Shown here: positions 1-9,042 of the stretch, piece by piece
How positions within the stretch are numbered: position 1 is the stretch's first letter
Layout of the letters: each line of letters starts with the position of its first letter
NCBI GenBank assembly: GCA_045863295.1
Contig: BTWA01000032.1
Coordinates: 1-64,000 of the forward strand
Length of the DNA stretch: 64,000 bases
Source of the DNA: Candidatus Hydrogenedentota bacterium
GTDB lineage: Bacteria; Hydrogenedentota; Hydrogenedentia; Hydrogenedentales; SLHB01
Direction: 5' to 3'
Made by a program: the position numbers and the translations under genes
Notes under the pieces: generated by a model
What the model was told of the DNA's origin: nothing
The model's input: the letters and a program-made list of their open reading frames with translations, nothing else
Databases searched by the model: none

Positions 1-1
1 G

Positions 2-1000
2 ATAGAAATACTTGCGCGTAACGATGTTGAAGGCCTTCAGGTGCGTATGAAGCTCGTCGCGGGTCATACCGTATTCATCGCCAATAAGGATGGGGAAGTA
101 GGCGTAATTGTGTTCGGTATGAGGCAGATCGCCAAACACGGTGACTCCAGGAATATCTTTCAATGCACGGCGATAGATTTGCGTGATGCGTCCGCGCCTC
201 GCAATTTCATCGTCGACCATGTCGAGCTGCAGCAGGCCGTAGGCCGCGCATAGTTCATTCATCTTGCCGTTGATACCCGGCCCGATGACCGTTTCCTCGT
301 CGAAGATGCCGAAATTCTTCAAAAAGTTCACGCGCTCTTTCTGCTTCGCCGTCTTGCACACGATCGCGCCGCCTTCGCACGTGGAAAACAACTTCGTCGC
401 GTGGAAGCTCAGCGCCGACATGTCCCCGTAATTGCAGATCGAATTGCCCCGGTATTTCACGCCGAAGGCGTGGGCCGTGTCGTACAAAACCATCAGGCCG
501 TAACGATCGGCGATCGTTTGCATCGCCTCCACGTCGCACGGCATGCCATAGACATGCACGGCGAGAATCGCCTTCGTATTGGGCGTGATTAAATCCTGCA
601 CCCGGTTCGGATCGAGGTTGCAGGTCTTGGGATCGATGTCGCAAAAAACCGGTTGTGCGCCGTTCCAATGAAGGATGTGCGTTGTCGCAGGAAAGGTGAA
701 GGGCGTGGTAATGACCTCGCCGCTGGTGATGCGTTGCGCGTGCAGCATGAGCAGCAGGGCCATGGTCCCGCTGGACATCAGGCTTATGTGTTCAACGCCC
801 AGGTACTTGGCGATGCGTTCCTCAAACTCGACATGGCACGGACCGTCGTTCGTCAACCAGCGTCGTTCCCAAATCCCCTTCAGATGCTCCTCGTACTTTT
901 CCAGCGGAGGAAGGCTCGGACGAACCACATAAATGGGTTCGGGCTGCTGGTATTGGTTTAAAAGATCCTGCAAACGTTGATTGTTTACCGAGGTTTCCAT
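2..1000 (-). CDS. DegT/DnrJ/EryC1/StrS (VioA-like) PLP-dependent sugar aminotransferase, 3' end runs off the window
   Basis: Manual translation from ATG at 1000 (GGGAGAGG upstream): METSVNNQ...PIYVVRPSLPP...WLTNDGP...VITTPFTFPAT...PVFCDID...VHVYG...YDTAHAFG...SFHATKLFSTCEGGA...GINGKMNE. Not in the ORF track because no stop codon falls in the window. Confidence 0.9.
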   Translation of the reverse strand, partial: METSVNNQRLQDLLNQYQQPEPIYVVRPSLPPLEKYEEHLKGIWERRWLTNDGPCHVEFEERIAKYLGVEHISLMSSGTMALLLMLHAQRITSGEVITTPFTFPATTHILHWNGAQPVFCDIDPKTCNLDPNRVQDLITPNTKAILAVHVYGMPCDVEAMQTIADRYGLMVLYDTAHAFGVKYRGNSICNYGDMSALSFHATKLFSTCEGGAIVCKTAKQKERVNFLKNFGIFDEETVIGPGINGKMNELCAAYGLLQLDMVDDEIARRGRITQIYRRALKDIPGVTVFGDLPHTEHNYAYFPILIGDEYGMTRDELHTHLKAFNIVTRKYFY

Positions 1001-1169
1001 GCCCTCTCCCACAATTCAGACACCAATGAGCCGAAATGCCGCACGGCCGTTTCGTATGTTGCCAAAGCCCTTGCGGGAAATCAATTTACAGGAGGTGCGA
1101 ATGGGCCTTTGCCGATGCACCCTATCGCCCAAACGAGCGCGAAAGCCACGAGGACTTGCTATTCTCCAA

Positions 1170-1193
1170 CTATTTGGCTAAAATACCAAATAG
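1170..1193 (+). promoter_or_regulatory. Putative ArsR operator 1 (CTATTTGG-N8-CCAAATAG) overlapping the -10 box
   Basis: Perfect 8-8-8 inverted repeat. TTGCTA (1156-1161), a 17-bp spacer and TAAAAT (1179-1184) form a sigma70-like promoter. Confidence 0.75.
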
Positions 1194-1207
1194 AAGGATG
1201 CGTTGAC

Positions 1208-1537
1208 ATGAAGCCAGAACAACTCGCCCAGTATCAGGCCCGCGCAAAAATCATCAAAGCCCTGGCCCATCCTTCCCGACTTTATATCGTGGACGAATTG
1301 CAGAAGGGAGAACGCTGCGTCTGCGATTTGACCGAACGCATCGGCGCAGATGTCTCCACCGTATCAAAACACCTCAGCGTCTTGCGCGATGCGGGCATTG
1401 TCTCGGATGAGAAGCGCGGCCTAATGGTGTTTTACCGGCTTCGCGTGCCGTGCATCCTGACGATATTCGCCTGTATTGAAGGGGTGTTGCAATCGAACGG
1501 AGATGGCCGCGCGCAACCATCCTGCAAAAAGAACTGA
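1208..1537 (+). CDS. ArsR/SmtB family transcriptional repressor
   Basis: KALAHPSRL...ERCVCDL...STVSKHLSVLRDAGIV...KRG...FY wHTH pattern. Start moved to ATG 1208, after GAAGGA. Confidence 0.93.
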   Translation: MKPEQLAQYQARAKIIKALAHPSRLYIVDELQKGERCVCDLTERIGADVSTVSKHLSVLRDAGIVSDEKRGLMVFYRLRVPCILTIFACIEGVLQSNGDGRAQPSCKKN

Positions 1538-1553
1538 TATTTTTTTTGCATAA

Positions 1554-1577
1554 CTATTTGGCAAAAGGACCAAATAG
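1554..1577 (+). promoter_or_regulatory. Putative ArsR operator 2 (CTATTTGG-N8-CCAAATAG)
   Basis: Same arms and spacer length as 1170-1193, located just upstream of the permease RBS. Confidence 0.75.
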
Positions 1578-1590
1578 AGGGGCGAATGGA

Positions 1591-2910
1591 ATGACCCGTC
1601 TTGCCCACATAATGAAGAACCCGGAGTGGAAACCGTTCCTGATCTTGCTGGGCGCCTTCCTGGCTTGCTTCTACCTTCCCGTTGGCACGCCCCGGTTCGA
1701 TTCCGCCGTGACCGAATCCCTTCAACTCGTCAAATGGTACGCGCGCGAACATGTGCTGCTTTGTCTAATCCCGGCGTTCTTCATCGCGGGCGCAATTGGC
1801 GTCTTCATCAGCCAGGCTTCCGTGATGAAGTACCTGGGCGCGGGCGCGAACAAGTTCATGGCCTACGGCGTAGCCTCGGTTTCCGGGTCGGTGCTGGCCG
1901 TGTGCTCGTGCACTGTGCTGCCCCTGTTTGCGGGCATCTACCGCATGGGCGCGGGGCTCGGTCCCGCTACGGCGTTTCTGTACTCGGGGCCTGCCGTAAA
2001 TGTGCTCGCCATTATCCTTACCGCCCGGGTACTGGGCTGGGAACTCGGCGCGGCGCGCGCAGTGGGGGCGGTTACGTTCAGCGTTGTCATCGGCCTTGCC
2101 ATGCACCTCATCTTTCGCAAGGAAGAGCAGGTCAAAGCGCAGGCGGCGGCGCACATGCCCATTCCAGAGGTCGCACGGCCATTGTGGCAGAACGTGCTTT
2201 ACTTCGCTTCCATGATCGCCATCCTTGTCTTTTCAAACTGGGGGAAACCGGCCGGAACCGAAGGCCTGTGGAATTTGTTGTACGAAACCCGGTGGGCGGT
2301 AACGGCTGTATGTGGTGTCCTGTTGGCCACGGTGCTTGTACTTTGGTTCAACGTGGCCTGGTGGAAACCGGCCCTTGTTGCCGCCGCGGTCGCGGTAGGT
2401 GCGGCGTTGTTCCCTCATTGGCCTTTGATCGCCTTTACTGCCGGACTTGTTGGATTGGTCCTGATCACCGCCACCGGTACCGGCGAAATGAGCGATTGGT
2501 TCTCCGCCACATGGGACTACGCAAAGTTGATCATGCCGCTGTTGCTGGTGGGGGTGCTCCTTGCGGGATTTCTCCTGGGGAGGCCCGGCGAAGAAGGTTT
2601 GATACCCTCGGAGTGGATCGAACGCTGGTTGGGTGGGAACAGTCTCTCGGCCAATCTTGTGGCGTCGGTCGCGGGCGCCTTCATGTATTTCGCCACATTG
2701 ACGGAAGTGCCCATAGTGCAGGGCCTCATGGGGAGTGGGATGGGGCCGGGACCGGCATTGGCGCTGTTGCTTGCAGGTCCCGCGTTGAGTCTTCCCAGCA
2801 TGCTCGTGATTCGATCGATCCTAGGCACGAAGAAGACCGTTGTGTACGTGTCCCTGGTCATCATCATGTCGACTATTACAGGCATGGCGTATGGCGCGTG
2901 GAACCAATGA
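1591..2910 (+). CDS. DUF318/ArsP-family permease
   Basis: Multi-TM protein with AVCSCTVLPLF, AFLYSGPA, YFATLTEVPI and LLLAGPALSLP motifs. Start is 1591 or 1612. Confidence 0.88.
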   Translation: MTRLAHIMKNPEWKPFLILLGAFLACFYLPVGTPRFDSAVTESLQLVKWYAREHVLLCLIPAFFIAGAIGVFISQASVMKYLGAGANKFMAYGVASVSGSVLAVCSCTVLPLFAGIYRMGAGLGPATAFLYSGPAVNVLAIILTARVLGWELGAARAVGAVTFSVVIGLAMHLIFRKEEQVKAQAAAHMPIPEVARPLWQNVLYFASMIAILVFSNWGKPAGTEGLWNLLYETRWAVTAVCGVLLATVLVLWFNVAWWKPALVAAAVAVGAALFPHWPLIAFTAGLVGLVLITATGTGEMSDWFSATWDYAKLIMPLLLVGVLLAGFLLGRPGEEGLIPSEWIERWLGGNSLSANLVASVAGAFMYFATLTEVPIVQGLMGSGMGPGPALALLLAGPALSLPSMLVIRSILGTKKTVVYVSLVIIMSTITGMAYGAWNQ

Positions 2911-2945
2911 ACCAGTGACGCAAACATTTTGAAGGGGGAGTAGAC

Positions 2946-3179
2946 ATGATGAAGTTGCAAGTGCTCGGCACGGGCTGCCCCAAGTGCCGCAAACTCACCG
3001 AATCGGCGGAGGCCGCCGCAAAAGAACTTGGGCTGGAATACGAATTGGAGAAGATTACTGACCTGCACGACATCATGGCGTTCGGCGTCATGGTAACTCC
3101 GGCCTTGGTCGTCGATGGACAGGTGAAGTTGTCCGGGAAGGCGCCGGATGTCGGTGAGATCAAAAAGCTCCTCGTGTGA
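2946..3179 (+). CDS. Small thioredoxin-fold redox-active disulfide protein (Thioredoxin_3 type)
   Basis: LGTGCPKC...GVMVTPALVVDG, 77 aa, a typical partner of DUF318 permeases. Confidence 0.9.
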   Translation: MMKLQVLGTGCPKCRKLTESAEAAAKELGLEYELEKITDLHDIMAFGVMVTPALVVDGQVKLSGKAPDVGEIKKLLV

Positions 3180-3234
3180 TCATCGCGCAACACCGCTTTC
3201 CCATGTGGGAACAGACAATTCAGGAGGTCATGCC

Positions 3235-4011
3235 ATGTTGCAAACAAGCGTGGGATTCATCGGTTCAGGACGGGTCGCCAAGATTCTCTTGACCGGTTGG
3301 GCGAGAGCGAAATTCATGCCAAAGCAGGTTGTGCTTTTCGATCCCAAACCGGAAGCGTGCGAGGCGCTGAAGCCACTTGGGAGTGAAATCCAGGTAGCGC
3401 CAGGAGTGGAATTGGCGGCCGCGCAGGATATCGTTTTCCTTGCCGTCCATCCGCCGGCCATTGCAGAGGCCGCGGCCGCAATCAAGCCATCGTTGCGCGC
3501 AGGCGGCCTGCTTGTTTCCCTTTCGCCCAAGTTCACCATCGCCAAACTGACCGCGCTGTTGGATGGATTCGATCGCATCGCCCGAGTCATACCGAACGCG
3601 CCGTCCATTGTGGGCCGCGGATTTAACCCGGTTGCGTTTGGCGCCACACTGACCGCTCACGATCGATCCGTCCTTGGCGCATTGTTGAAGAATCTGGGCG
3701 ATTCTCCCGAAGTGAACGAACAGCACCTGGAAGCCTATGCGATCTTGTCCGGCATGGGGCCAACCTATTTCTGGCCGCAGTTGTATGAACTCGTCGCGCT
3801 GGGCGAAACCTTTGGCATCGGCCGGGAACAGGCGATCGAAGCCATTGACAAGATGCTTTGGGGATCCGTGGCGACCATGAGAGACGCCGGCATTTCGCCG
3901 GAACAAGTCCAGGATTTGATTCCGGTCAAACCGGTATCGGACGACGTTGCCGCGTTGGTCTCGGCCTATCATGCAAAACTCGCCGGACTCATGGAGAAGA
4001 TAAAACCTTAG
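3235..4011 (+). CDS. Pyrroline-5-carboxylate reductase-like NAD(P)-binding oxidoreductase
   Basis: GFIGSGRVA Rossmann motif, DIVFLAVHP, RVIPNAPS, SGMGPTYF. AGGAGG RBS before 3235. Confidence 0.75.
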   Translation: MLQTSVGFIGSGRVAKILLTGWARAKFMPKQVVLFDPKPEACEALKPLGSEIQVAPGVELAAAQDIVFLAVHPPAIAEAAAAIKPSLRAGGLLVSLSPKFTIAKLTALLDGFDRIARVIPNAPSIVGRGFNPVAFGATLTAHDRSVLGALLKNLGDSPEVNEQHLEAYAILSGMGPTYFWPQLYELVALGETFGIGREQAIEAIDKMLWGSVATMRDAGISPEQVQDLIPVKPVSDDVAALVSAYHAKLAGLMEKIKP

Positions 4012-4056
4012 TTCCTTCTGTTGTCGCAGGATGTTTTGATTGGGGGGAAATGAAGT

Positions 4057-5379
4057 ATGAACAGGCAACCTGAAGTTGACAAGCCGGACAAGCCACAAGG
4101 AGGCCTGCAGCGTATTGCGCTCTTGACGCTTGTCGCGATGGCGGTCGTGGCCGCTGTTTATCTTAAAGGAGATCGAAAGACAGAGGCATCGAGTCCATTG
4201 ATCGCTGCAACCACGTCTACCGGAGTGCGCCCTGCTTCTCAGGGTGCCTTGCCGAAACTGATTGACTTGGGCGCGGGAAAGTGCATTCCGTGCAAGGCGA
4301 TGGCGCCCATACTCGAAGCATTGAAATCGGAATTCCACGGGAGTTTCGAAGTGCAGTTTATCGATGTATGGGAGAACCCGGGCGCCGGGGAGCAATACGG
4401 CATCCAGTTGATTCCAACGCAGATTTTTTACGATGCGTCGGGAATGGAGCGATTCCGTCACGAGGGCTTCTACTCGCGCGACGATATCCTCGCAAAATGG
4501 AAAGAGCTGGGCGTGGAACTCGGCGACACGGCCGCAAAACAGGTTGAGTTCAGCCGCTGGGATCCCGCCATACCGGATGCGCGACCCAAAGAAACCATCT
4601 GCTATATGTGCGATGGCGACATCAACCCGAGGACACGGGCCATTTTGAAGACGGACAAGGGCGATGTGGCGTTTTGTTCGCTTCATTGTTTTTTCATCAC
4701 GTATTCGAGCATGACCGAGGCGAAACCCAATCTCGACGACGTTAGCGTCACGGACTGGTCCGACGGCGCGCTGATTTCCGCCAAGTCCGCGAACTATGTC
4801 TACGGCGTGGATGCCGCCCAACGGCCGACGATCAAGGCATTCAAAGACACGGCGGCCGCTGCGTTGGAGCGGACGGCGTCGGGTGGAAATGGTCTGGAAT
4901 GGGCATCGCTTCAGGACAAGGAGCTTGCGACGCGTTGCGGGTTTTGCGATCGGGCCGTGTATCCGGAGGACGCGTGCGGAGTGAAGGTCGAGGGACTCAG
5001 CACATTCGGATGCTGCACGATGTGCGCGCTTGGCGTTGCGGCCAGACTGAATAAAGATATTGAGGTCACGGCCAAAGATGGGCTGACGGGCGAAACGATC
5101 GTGGTGAGCACCCTTGAAGGGCATGTGAGTGCGCTTACACCGGCGACAGCGGTTGCCTGGGCGGGCGCGAAGAAAGACGCCGAGGGCAAGATCGCCTCGA
5201 CCGGATGTTTCAAGCAAGCATTTTTCGCGAACGAGGACAACCTGCGCCAATGGGTTCTCGACCATCCAACGGCCACGGGCCGGTTGGTGACTATGGAGCA
5301 GGCCCTCGCGGAAAAAATGAAACTGACGCCGCAACAAATCAGCAAGGCCTGCAAAATCGGGGAATGTTCGCCCAAGTAG
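4057..5379 (+). CDS. Membrane-anchored thioredoxin fused to two Cys-rich NosL/MerB-like domains
   Basis: N-terminal TM segment, CIPC thioredoxin with IPTQIF, then CYMC..FCSLHC and CGFC..GCCTMC. The C-terminal part resembles the MerB lyase domain. Confidence 0.7.
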   Translation: MNRQPEVDKPDKPQGGLQRIALLTLVAMAVVAAVYLKGDRKTEASSPLIAATTSTGVRPASQGALPKLIDLGAGKCIPCKAMAPILEALKSEFHGSFEVQFIDVWENPGAGEQYGIQLIPTQIFYDASGMERFRHEGFYSRDDILAKWKELGVELGDTAAKQVEFSRWDPAIPDARPKETICYMCDGDINPRTRAILKTDKGDVAFCSLHCFFITYSSMTEAKPNLDDVSVTDWSDGALISAKSANYVYGVDAAQRPTIKAFKDTAAAALERTASGGNGLEWASLQDKELATRCGFCDRAVYPEDACGVKVEGLSTFGCCTMCALGVAARLNKDIEVTAKDGLTGETIVVSTLEGHVSALTPATAVAWAGAKKDAEGKIASTGCFKQAFFANEDNLRQWVLDHPTATGRLVTMEQALAEKMKLTPQQISKACKIGECSPK

Positions 5380-5409
5380 CTTCCATTGGGCCGCGAAGGG
5401 AATTGGCCT

Positions 5410-6108
5410 GTGCAGTACCTGTTTGAAACCCTTAGCCATGCCGTAAGCGGCATGTGGATGGTGGCAATGCTGGCCGCATTTACCTGGGGTGTCTTGAGTA
5501 TTCTTCTGAGTCCCTGTCACCTTGCGAGCATACCCTTGATCGTCGGATTCATTGGGGGGCAAGGGCACATCTCTCCGAAGCGCGCCTTCGTGATCTCTGT
5601 CCTGTTCTCTTTGGGGATACTGCTGACCATCGCCGTCATAGGGGTCGTCACGGCCCTTGCCGGGCGCATGCTGGGCGACATCGGAAGCATCGGATACTAC
5701 CTCGTTGCGGTCGTTTTCTTGTTGGTTGGTTTGCACCTTGTGGGTGTCCTTCCCTTTTCGTTTGCCGGCGCGGATGGATCGGTTGTGCGCCGCAAAGGGC
5801 TGATTGCCGCGTTCCTGCTGGGGCTGCTTTTTGGACTCGCCCTCGGCCCCTGCACTTTCGCGTACATGGCTCCCATGCTGGCGATCACCTTTCAAATGGC
5901 TTCCACTAATCTGGCCTATGGTGTTGCACTGCTCTTTGTCTATGGCATTGGACACTGTTCCGTGATTGTGTTCGCGGGCACCTTCACCAGGGTCGTTCAG
6001 CGCTATCTCAATTGGAGTGAACAGTCGAAGGGCGCTATTCGCCTCAAACAAGTTTGCGGCATTCTGATATTGGCCGCGGGCGTATACCTGATCTATGCCG
6101 CCCCGTGA
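5410..6108 (+). CDS. ccdA: CcdA/DsbD-type transmembrane disulfide-reducing protein
   Basis: SILLSPCHLASIPL and GLALGPCT conserved Cys-Pro motifs, about 6 TM segments. GTG start at 5410 after GAAGGG. Confidence 0.85.
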   Translation: MQYLFETLSHAVSGMWMVAMLAAFTWGVLSILLSPCHLASIPLIVGFIGGQGHISPKRAFVISVLFSLGILLTIAVIGVVTALAGRMLGDIGSIGYYLVAVVFLLVGLHLVGVLPFSFAGADGSVVRRKGLIAAFLLGLLFGLALGPCTFAYMAPMLAITFQMASTNLAYGVALLFVYGIGHCSVIVFAGTFTRVVQRYLNWSEQSKGAIRLKQVCGILILAAGVYLIYAAP

Positions 6109-6221
6109 CGCCGGCAGCGGGTTCAACGGGCTGTCCGAGGCCCGAAGTGGCATCCATTCCCTGTCCACAGGCGCGATCTGATACAGTTACGTCCAATCTT
6201 CTGCGATTTCAAGGTCTGTTC

Positions 6222-6599
6222 ATGCAAAAACTGTTGCTCATCGCCATAGCCGGCGCCGCCGGATCTCTTTCTCGGTATGCCCTGGCCGGCGCGGTGCAGC
6301 GTGTCGCCGGGTCGGGTTTTCCCTGGGGCACGGCCGTGGTGAATGTCCTCGGTTGTCTTGTTGCCGGGCTTGTGTGGCAGTTGTTCGAAGGCAGGGTCAA
6401 CGTGTCGCCGGAAACCCGCATCATTGTGTTTGTGGGTTTCCTCGGCGCATTCACCACGTTCTCCTCGCTGATGTTGGAGACCAGCCATCTTTCGCGAGAC
6501 AGCGAATGGATGCTGGCCGCGGGCAACGTGCTGTTGCACAACGGTCTGGGCTTTGCGTCGGTCCTCGCGGGAATTGCCATCGGACGATGGATTGGATAA
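6222..6599 (+). CDS. crcB: Fluoride channel Fluc/CrcB
   Basis: GAAGSLSRY, FPWGTAVVNVLG, GFLGAFTTFSS. Confidence 0.95.
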   Translation: MQKLLLIAIAGAAGSLSRYALAGAVQRVAGSGFPWGTAVVNVLGCLVAGLVWQLFEGRVNVSPETRIIVFVGFLGAFTTFSSLMLETSHLSRDSEWMLAAGNVLLHNGLGFASVLAGIAIGRWIG

Positions 6600-6608
6600 G
6601 GGGGCGCC

Positions 6609-6956
6609 ATGAAACTCCCGGATGAAGCCTACTGCCTTCGAATTTATGTCGGCGAGAGCGACAAACATCACGGCAAACCGTTGTACGAGGTCATTGTAGA
6701 CAAGGCCCGGGCACAAGGCATGGCCGGGGCGACCGTGCTGCGCGGCGTGTTGAGTTTTGGAGCCAACAGCCGTATCCATACCAGTAAGATTCTGCGCCTT
6801 TCCGAAGACTTGCCCATGGTGATCGAAATCGTAGACAAAAAAGAACGAATCGATGCCTTTCTGCCGGAACTGGATACCCTGATTGACGAAGGCCTGGTCA
6901 CGTTGGAACCGGTACACGTGATTCTGTACCGGCACAATTCCAAGGCTTCCGAGTAA
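6609..6956 (+). CDS. DUF190 family (PII-like) protein
   Basis: LRIYVGESDKHHGKPLY...GATVLRG...LSEDLP, adjacent to crcB as is common. Confidence 0.9.
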   Translation: MKLPDEAYCLRIYVGESDKHHGKPLYEVIVDKARAQGMAGATVLRGVLSFGANSRIHTSKILRLSEDLPMVIEIVDKKERIDAFLPELDTLIDEGLVTLEPVHVILYRHNSKASE

Positions 6957-7113
6957 GGGGCCGCCAAAGGTGGTTTTCGATTTGTTGTTCCTATTGTTAT
7001 GGCCTACCCCGTTGCATAGTCGATTCGACATGCCGTTCTCTTCGTAAAACAAAACAAGGGTTATTCTTCGTTTTTGCTATTATTATTAGTTCATTTTTAT
7101 TTTCGGCTTGAGG

Positions 7114-7149
7114 TTGCTTTTTTCATTTATTTCGATTATACTAGAAATA
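7114..7149 (+). promoter_or_regulatory. Promoter and ArsR operator of the second ars operon (probably leaderless)
   Basis: TTGCTT (7114-7119), 17 bp, TATACT (7137-7142). Inverted repeat TATTTC-N10-GAAATA at 7128-7149. The ATG lies 7 nt after the -10 box. Confidence 0.65.
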
Positions 7150-7517
7150 TGGAAATAAGAGACGCCATAAAAGCGCTGTCCGGGTTGGCTCAGGATACCC
7201 GGTTGCGGATATTTCGGCTGCTGGTAAAGGCATGTCCGCACGGGATTCCGGCAGGGGAAATTGCGCTGCGGTTGGATATTCCGAACGCGACGTTGACGTT
7301 TCACCTTAATCATTTGGTCCAAGCAGGCTTAATTGAGTCTCAGCGCGAAGGCCGTTCCATTCTATACAGCGTGGACTCTGCGGGCGTGAGGCGTCTATTG
7401 GAATATCTGATGGAAGATTGCTGCAAAGGGCTGATGGAGGACGGGGCCGACGCGATTGCGGGATGTGCTCCGGCTCAGGGGTGTTGCGGCGTGGCCGAGA
7501 AGACGGGTGGGTCATGA
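7149..7517 (+). CDS. arsR: ArsR family repressor with C-terminal CC As(III) site
   Basis: LAQDTRLRIFRLLV...TLTFHLNHL...REGRSILY...EDCC. Confidence 0.93.
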   Translation: MEIRDAIKALSGLAQDTRLRIFRLLVKACPHGIPAGEIALRLDIPNATLTFHLNHLVQAGLIESQREGRSILYSVDSAGVRRLLEYLMEDCCKGLMEDGADAIAGCAPAQGCCGVAEKTGGS

Positions 7518-7954
7518 ATCCGACGGTCTTGTTCTTATGCACCGGGAATTCATGCCGCAGCCAGATGGCGGAAGGGTGGGCGAAACACCTGCATGGCGGC
7601 CGGATCGACAGTTTTTCGGCGGGCATCGAAACGCACGGACTCAACCCGAATGCGGTTGCTGTGATGGCGGAAGCGGGCGTCGATATTTCGGGGCACTATT
7701 CCAAGACGCTGGCAGACTTGAAGGATGTTGCGTTCGATGTGGTGGTCACCGTGTGCGGTCATGCGCACGAGACGTGTCCGGTGTTTCCGGGCGCGGCGCG
7801 AGTCATCCATCACGCTTTTGACGATCCGCCCCGATTGGCGAAGACGGCCAGAACCCCTGAAGAAGCCATGAATTGTTACCGTCGCGTGCGCGACGAGATA
7901 CGGGACTATATTTCCGATCTTCCGGATCGGATCAATCCACACCCATCGGTGTGA
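7514..7954 (+). CDS. arsC: Thioredoxin-dependent arsenate reductase (LMW-PTP fold)
   Basis: LFLCTGNSCRSQMAEG, VTVC..ETCPVF, FDDP, RVRDEI. ATGA overlap with arsR. Confidence 0.93.
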   Translation: MNPTVLFLCTGNSCRSQMAEGWAKHLHGGRIDSFSAGIETHGLNPNAVAVMAEAGVDISGHYSKTLADLKDVAFDVVVTVCGHAHETCPVFPGAARVIHHAFDDPPRLAKTARTPEEAMNCYRRVRDEIRDYISDLPDRINPHPSV

Positions 7955-7972
7955 TCAATTGGAGGGACCAAG

Positions 7973-8857
7973 GTGATGAGCACTTCAACAGACCTCATGG
8001 AGCAGCAGTCGGTTCGCGAAAAGGTGCGGGAAGGATATGCGAAGATCGCGGAGAACAAGGCGCAATCCCAAGGGAGCGCCGGGTCGTGTTGCGGCGGTGG
8101 TTGCGCAGTGACGGAGGATCAACTCGCGGCCGTGGTCGGATACGATCCCGAGGAGTTAGCGCAGTTGCCTGAAGGCGCGAACATGGGGTTGTCTTGCGGC
8201 AATCCCGTTGCACTGGCGTCTTTGAAGCCGGGCGAAGTGGTCGTGGATTTGGGATCGGGCGGTGGTTTCGACATTTTTCAGGCGGGCAAGAAAGTGGGCG
8301 CCACGGGCCGCGCGATCGGCGTGGACATGACGCCTGAGATGCTGGCGAAGGCGCGGCGGAATATTGCGGTGTACGAAGAGCGCACGGGACTTTCCAATGT
8401 GGAGTTCCGTCTGGGGGAAATTGAGCATTTGCCGTTGCCCGACAACAGTGTCGATGTGATCATCTCGAATTGCGTCATCAATCTTTCTCCGGACAAGCCG
8501 CAGGTGTGGCGTGAGATGGCGCGCGTGTTGAAGCCGGGCGGGCGCGTGGCTGTGTCGGACCTGGCGCTGCTTCAACCGCTTCCCGAGGCAGTGAAGAGCA
8601 TGGTAGAAGCGCTCGTTGGTTGCGTGGCCGGCGCGGTGCTCGTTGAGGAGACGGAAGGCATGGCGCGCGCGGCGGGATTTACACAGATCGTGCTGGAGAA
8701 GAAGGCCGGGTACGTCGATGCGCTGACCGAGTGGAACGATCCGATGTACCAAGCGGTGCTCGAGCAACTGCCCGCGGGCGTAAAGGCCGGCGACTTTGTG
8801 ACGAGTTTGAGCGTGAGCGCCGTGAAGGCGACGCGCACGCCATGCTGCGGCGGTTGA
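7973..8857 (+). CDS. arsM: Arsenite S-adenosylmethionine methyltransferase
   Basis: [45 protein letters not shown], plus N- and C-terminal CC pairs. Confidence 0.93.
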   Translation: MMSTSTDLMEQQSVREKVREGYAKIAENKAQSQGSAGSCCGGGCAVTEDQLAAVVGYDPEELAQLPEGANMGLSCGNPVALASLKPGEVVVDLGSGGGFDIFQAGKKVGATGRAIGVDMTPEMLAKARRNIAVYEERTGLSNVEFRLGEIEHLPLPDNSVDVIISNCVINLSPDKPQVWREMARVLKPGGRVAVSDLALLQPLPEAVKSMVEALVGCVAGAVLVEETEGMARAAGFTQIVLEKKAGYVDALTEWNDPMYQAVLEQLPAGVKAGDFVTSLSVSAVKATRTPCCGG

Positions 8858-8884
8858 TCGCATCCGCGTTTTGTATGTTCATTC

Positions 8885-8915
8885 CCCCCGGTGTTCATGA
8901 CCCCGGGGGCTTTTT
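8885..8915 (+). terminator. Intrinsic terminator-like hairpin after arsM
   Basis: CCCCCGG (8885-8891)/CCGGGGG (8903-8909) stem followed by CTTTTT. Confidence 0.65.
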
Positions 8916-9042
8916 GTATGACCGATATCCCGGATATTTCACGGTATTGTCCCATTAATTGCGTGGCTGCACTAGCGCTCGGCAATTCTCGAAACTGCAG
9001 TTCTCACAGAATGCGGACTATCAACGAAGGCAGGGGGAAGCT

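Noticed and set aside
3265..6168. 967-aa minus-strand ORF
   Set aside because: Antisense shadow of three well-supported plus-strand genes, with no recognisable motifs; typical of high-GC DNA.
6109..6221. Fluoride riboswitch expected upstream of crcB
   Set aside because: The conserved GGnGATGGnGTTCnCC...GCTGATGAC pattern is not present.
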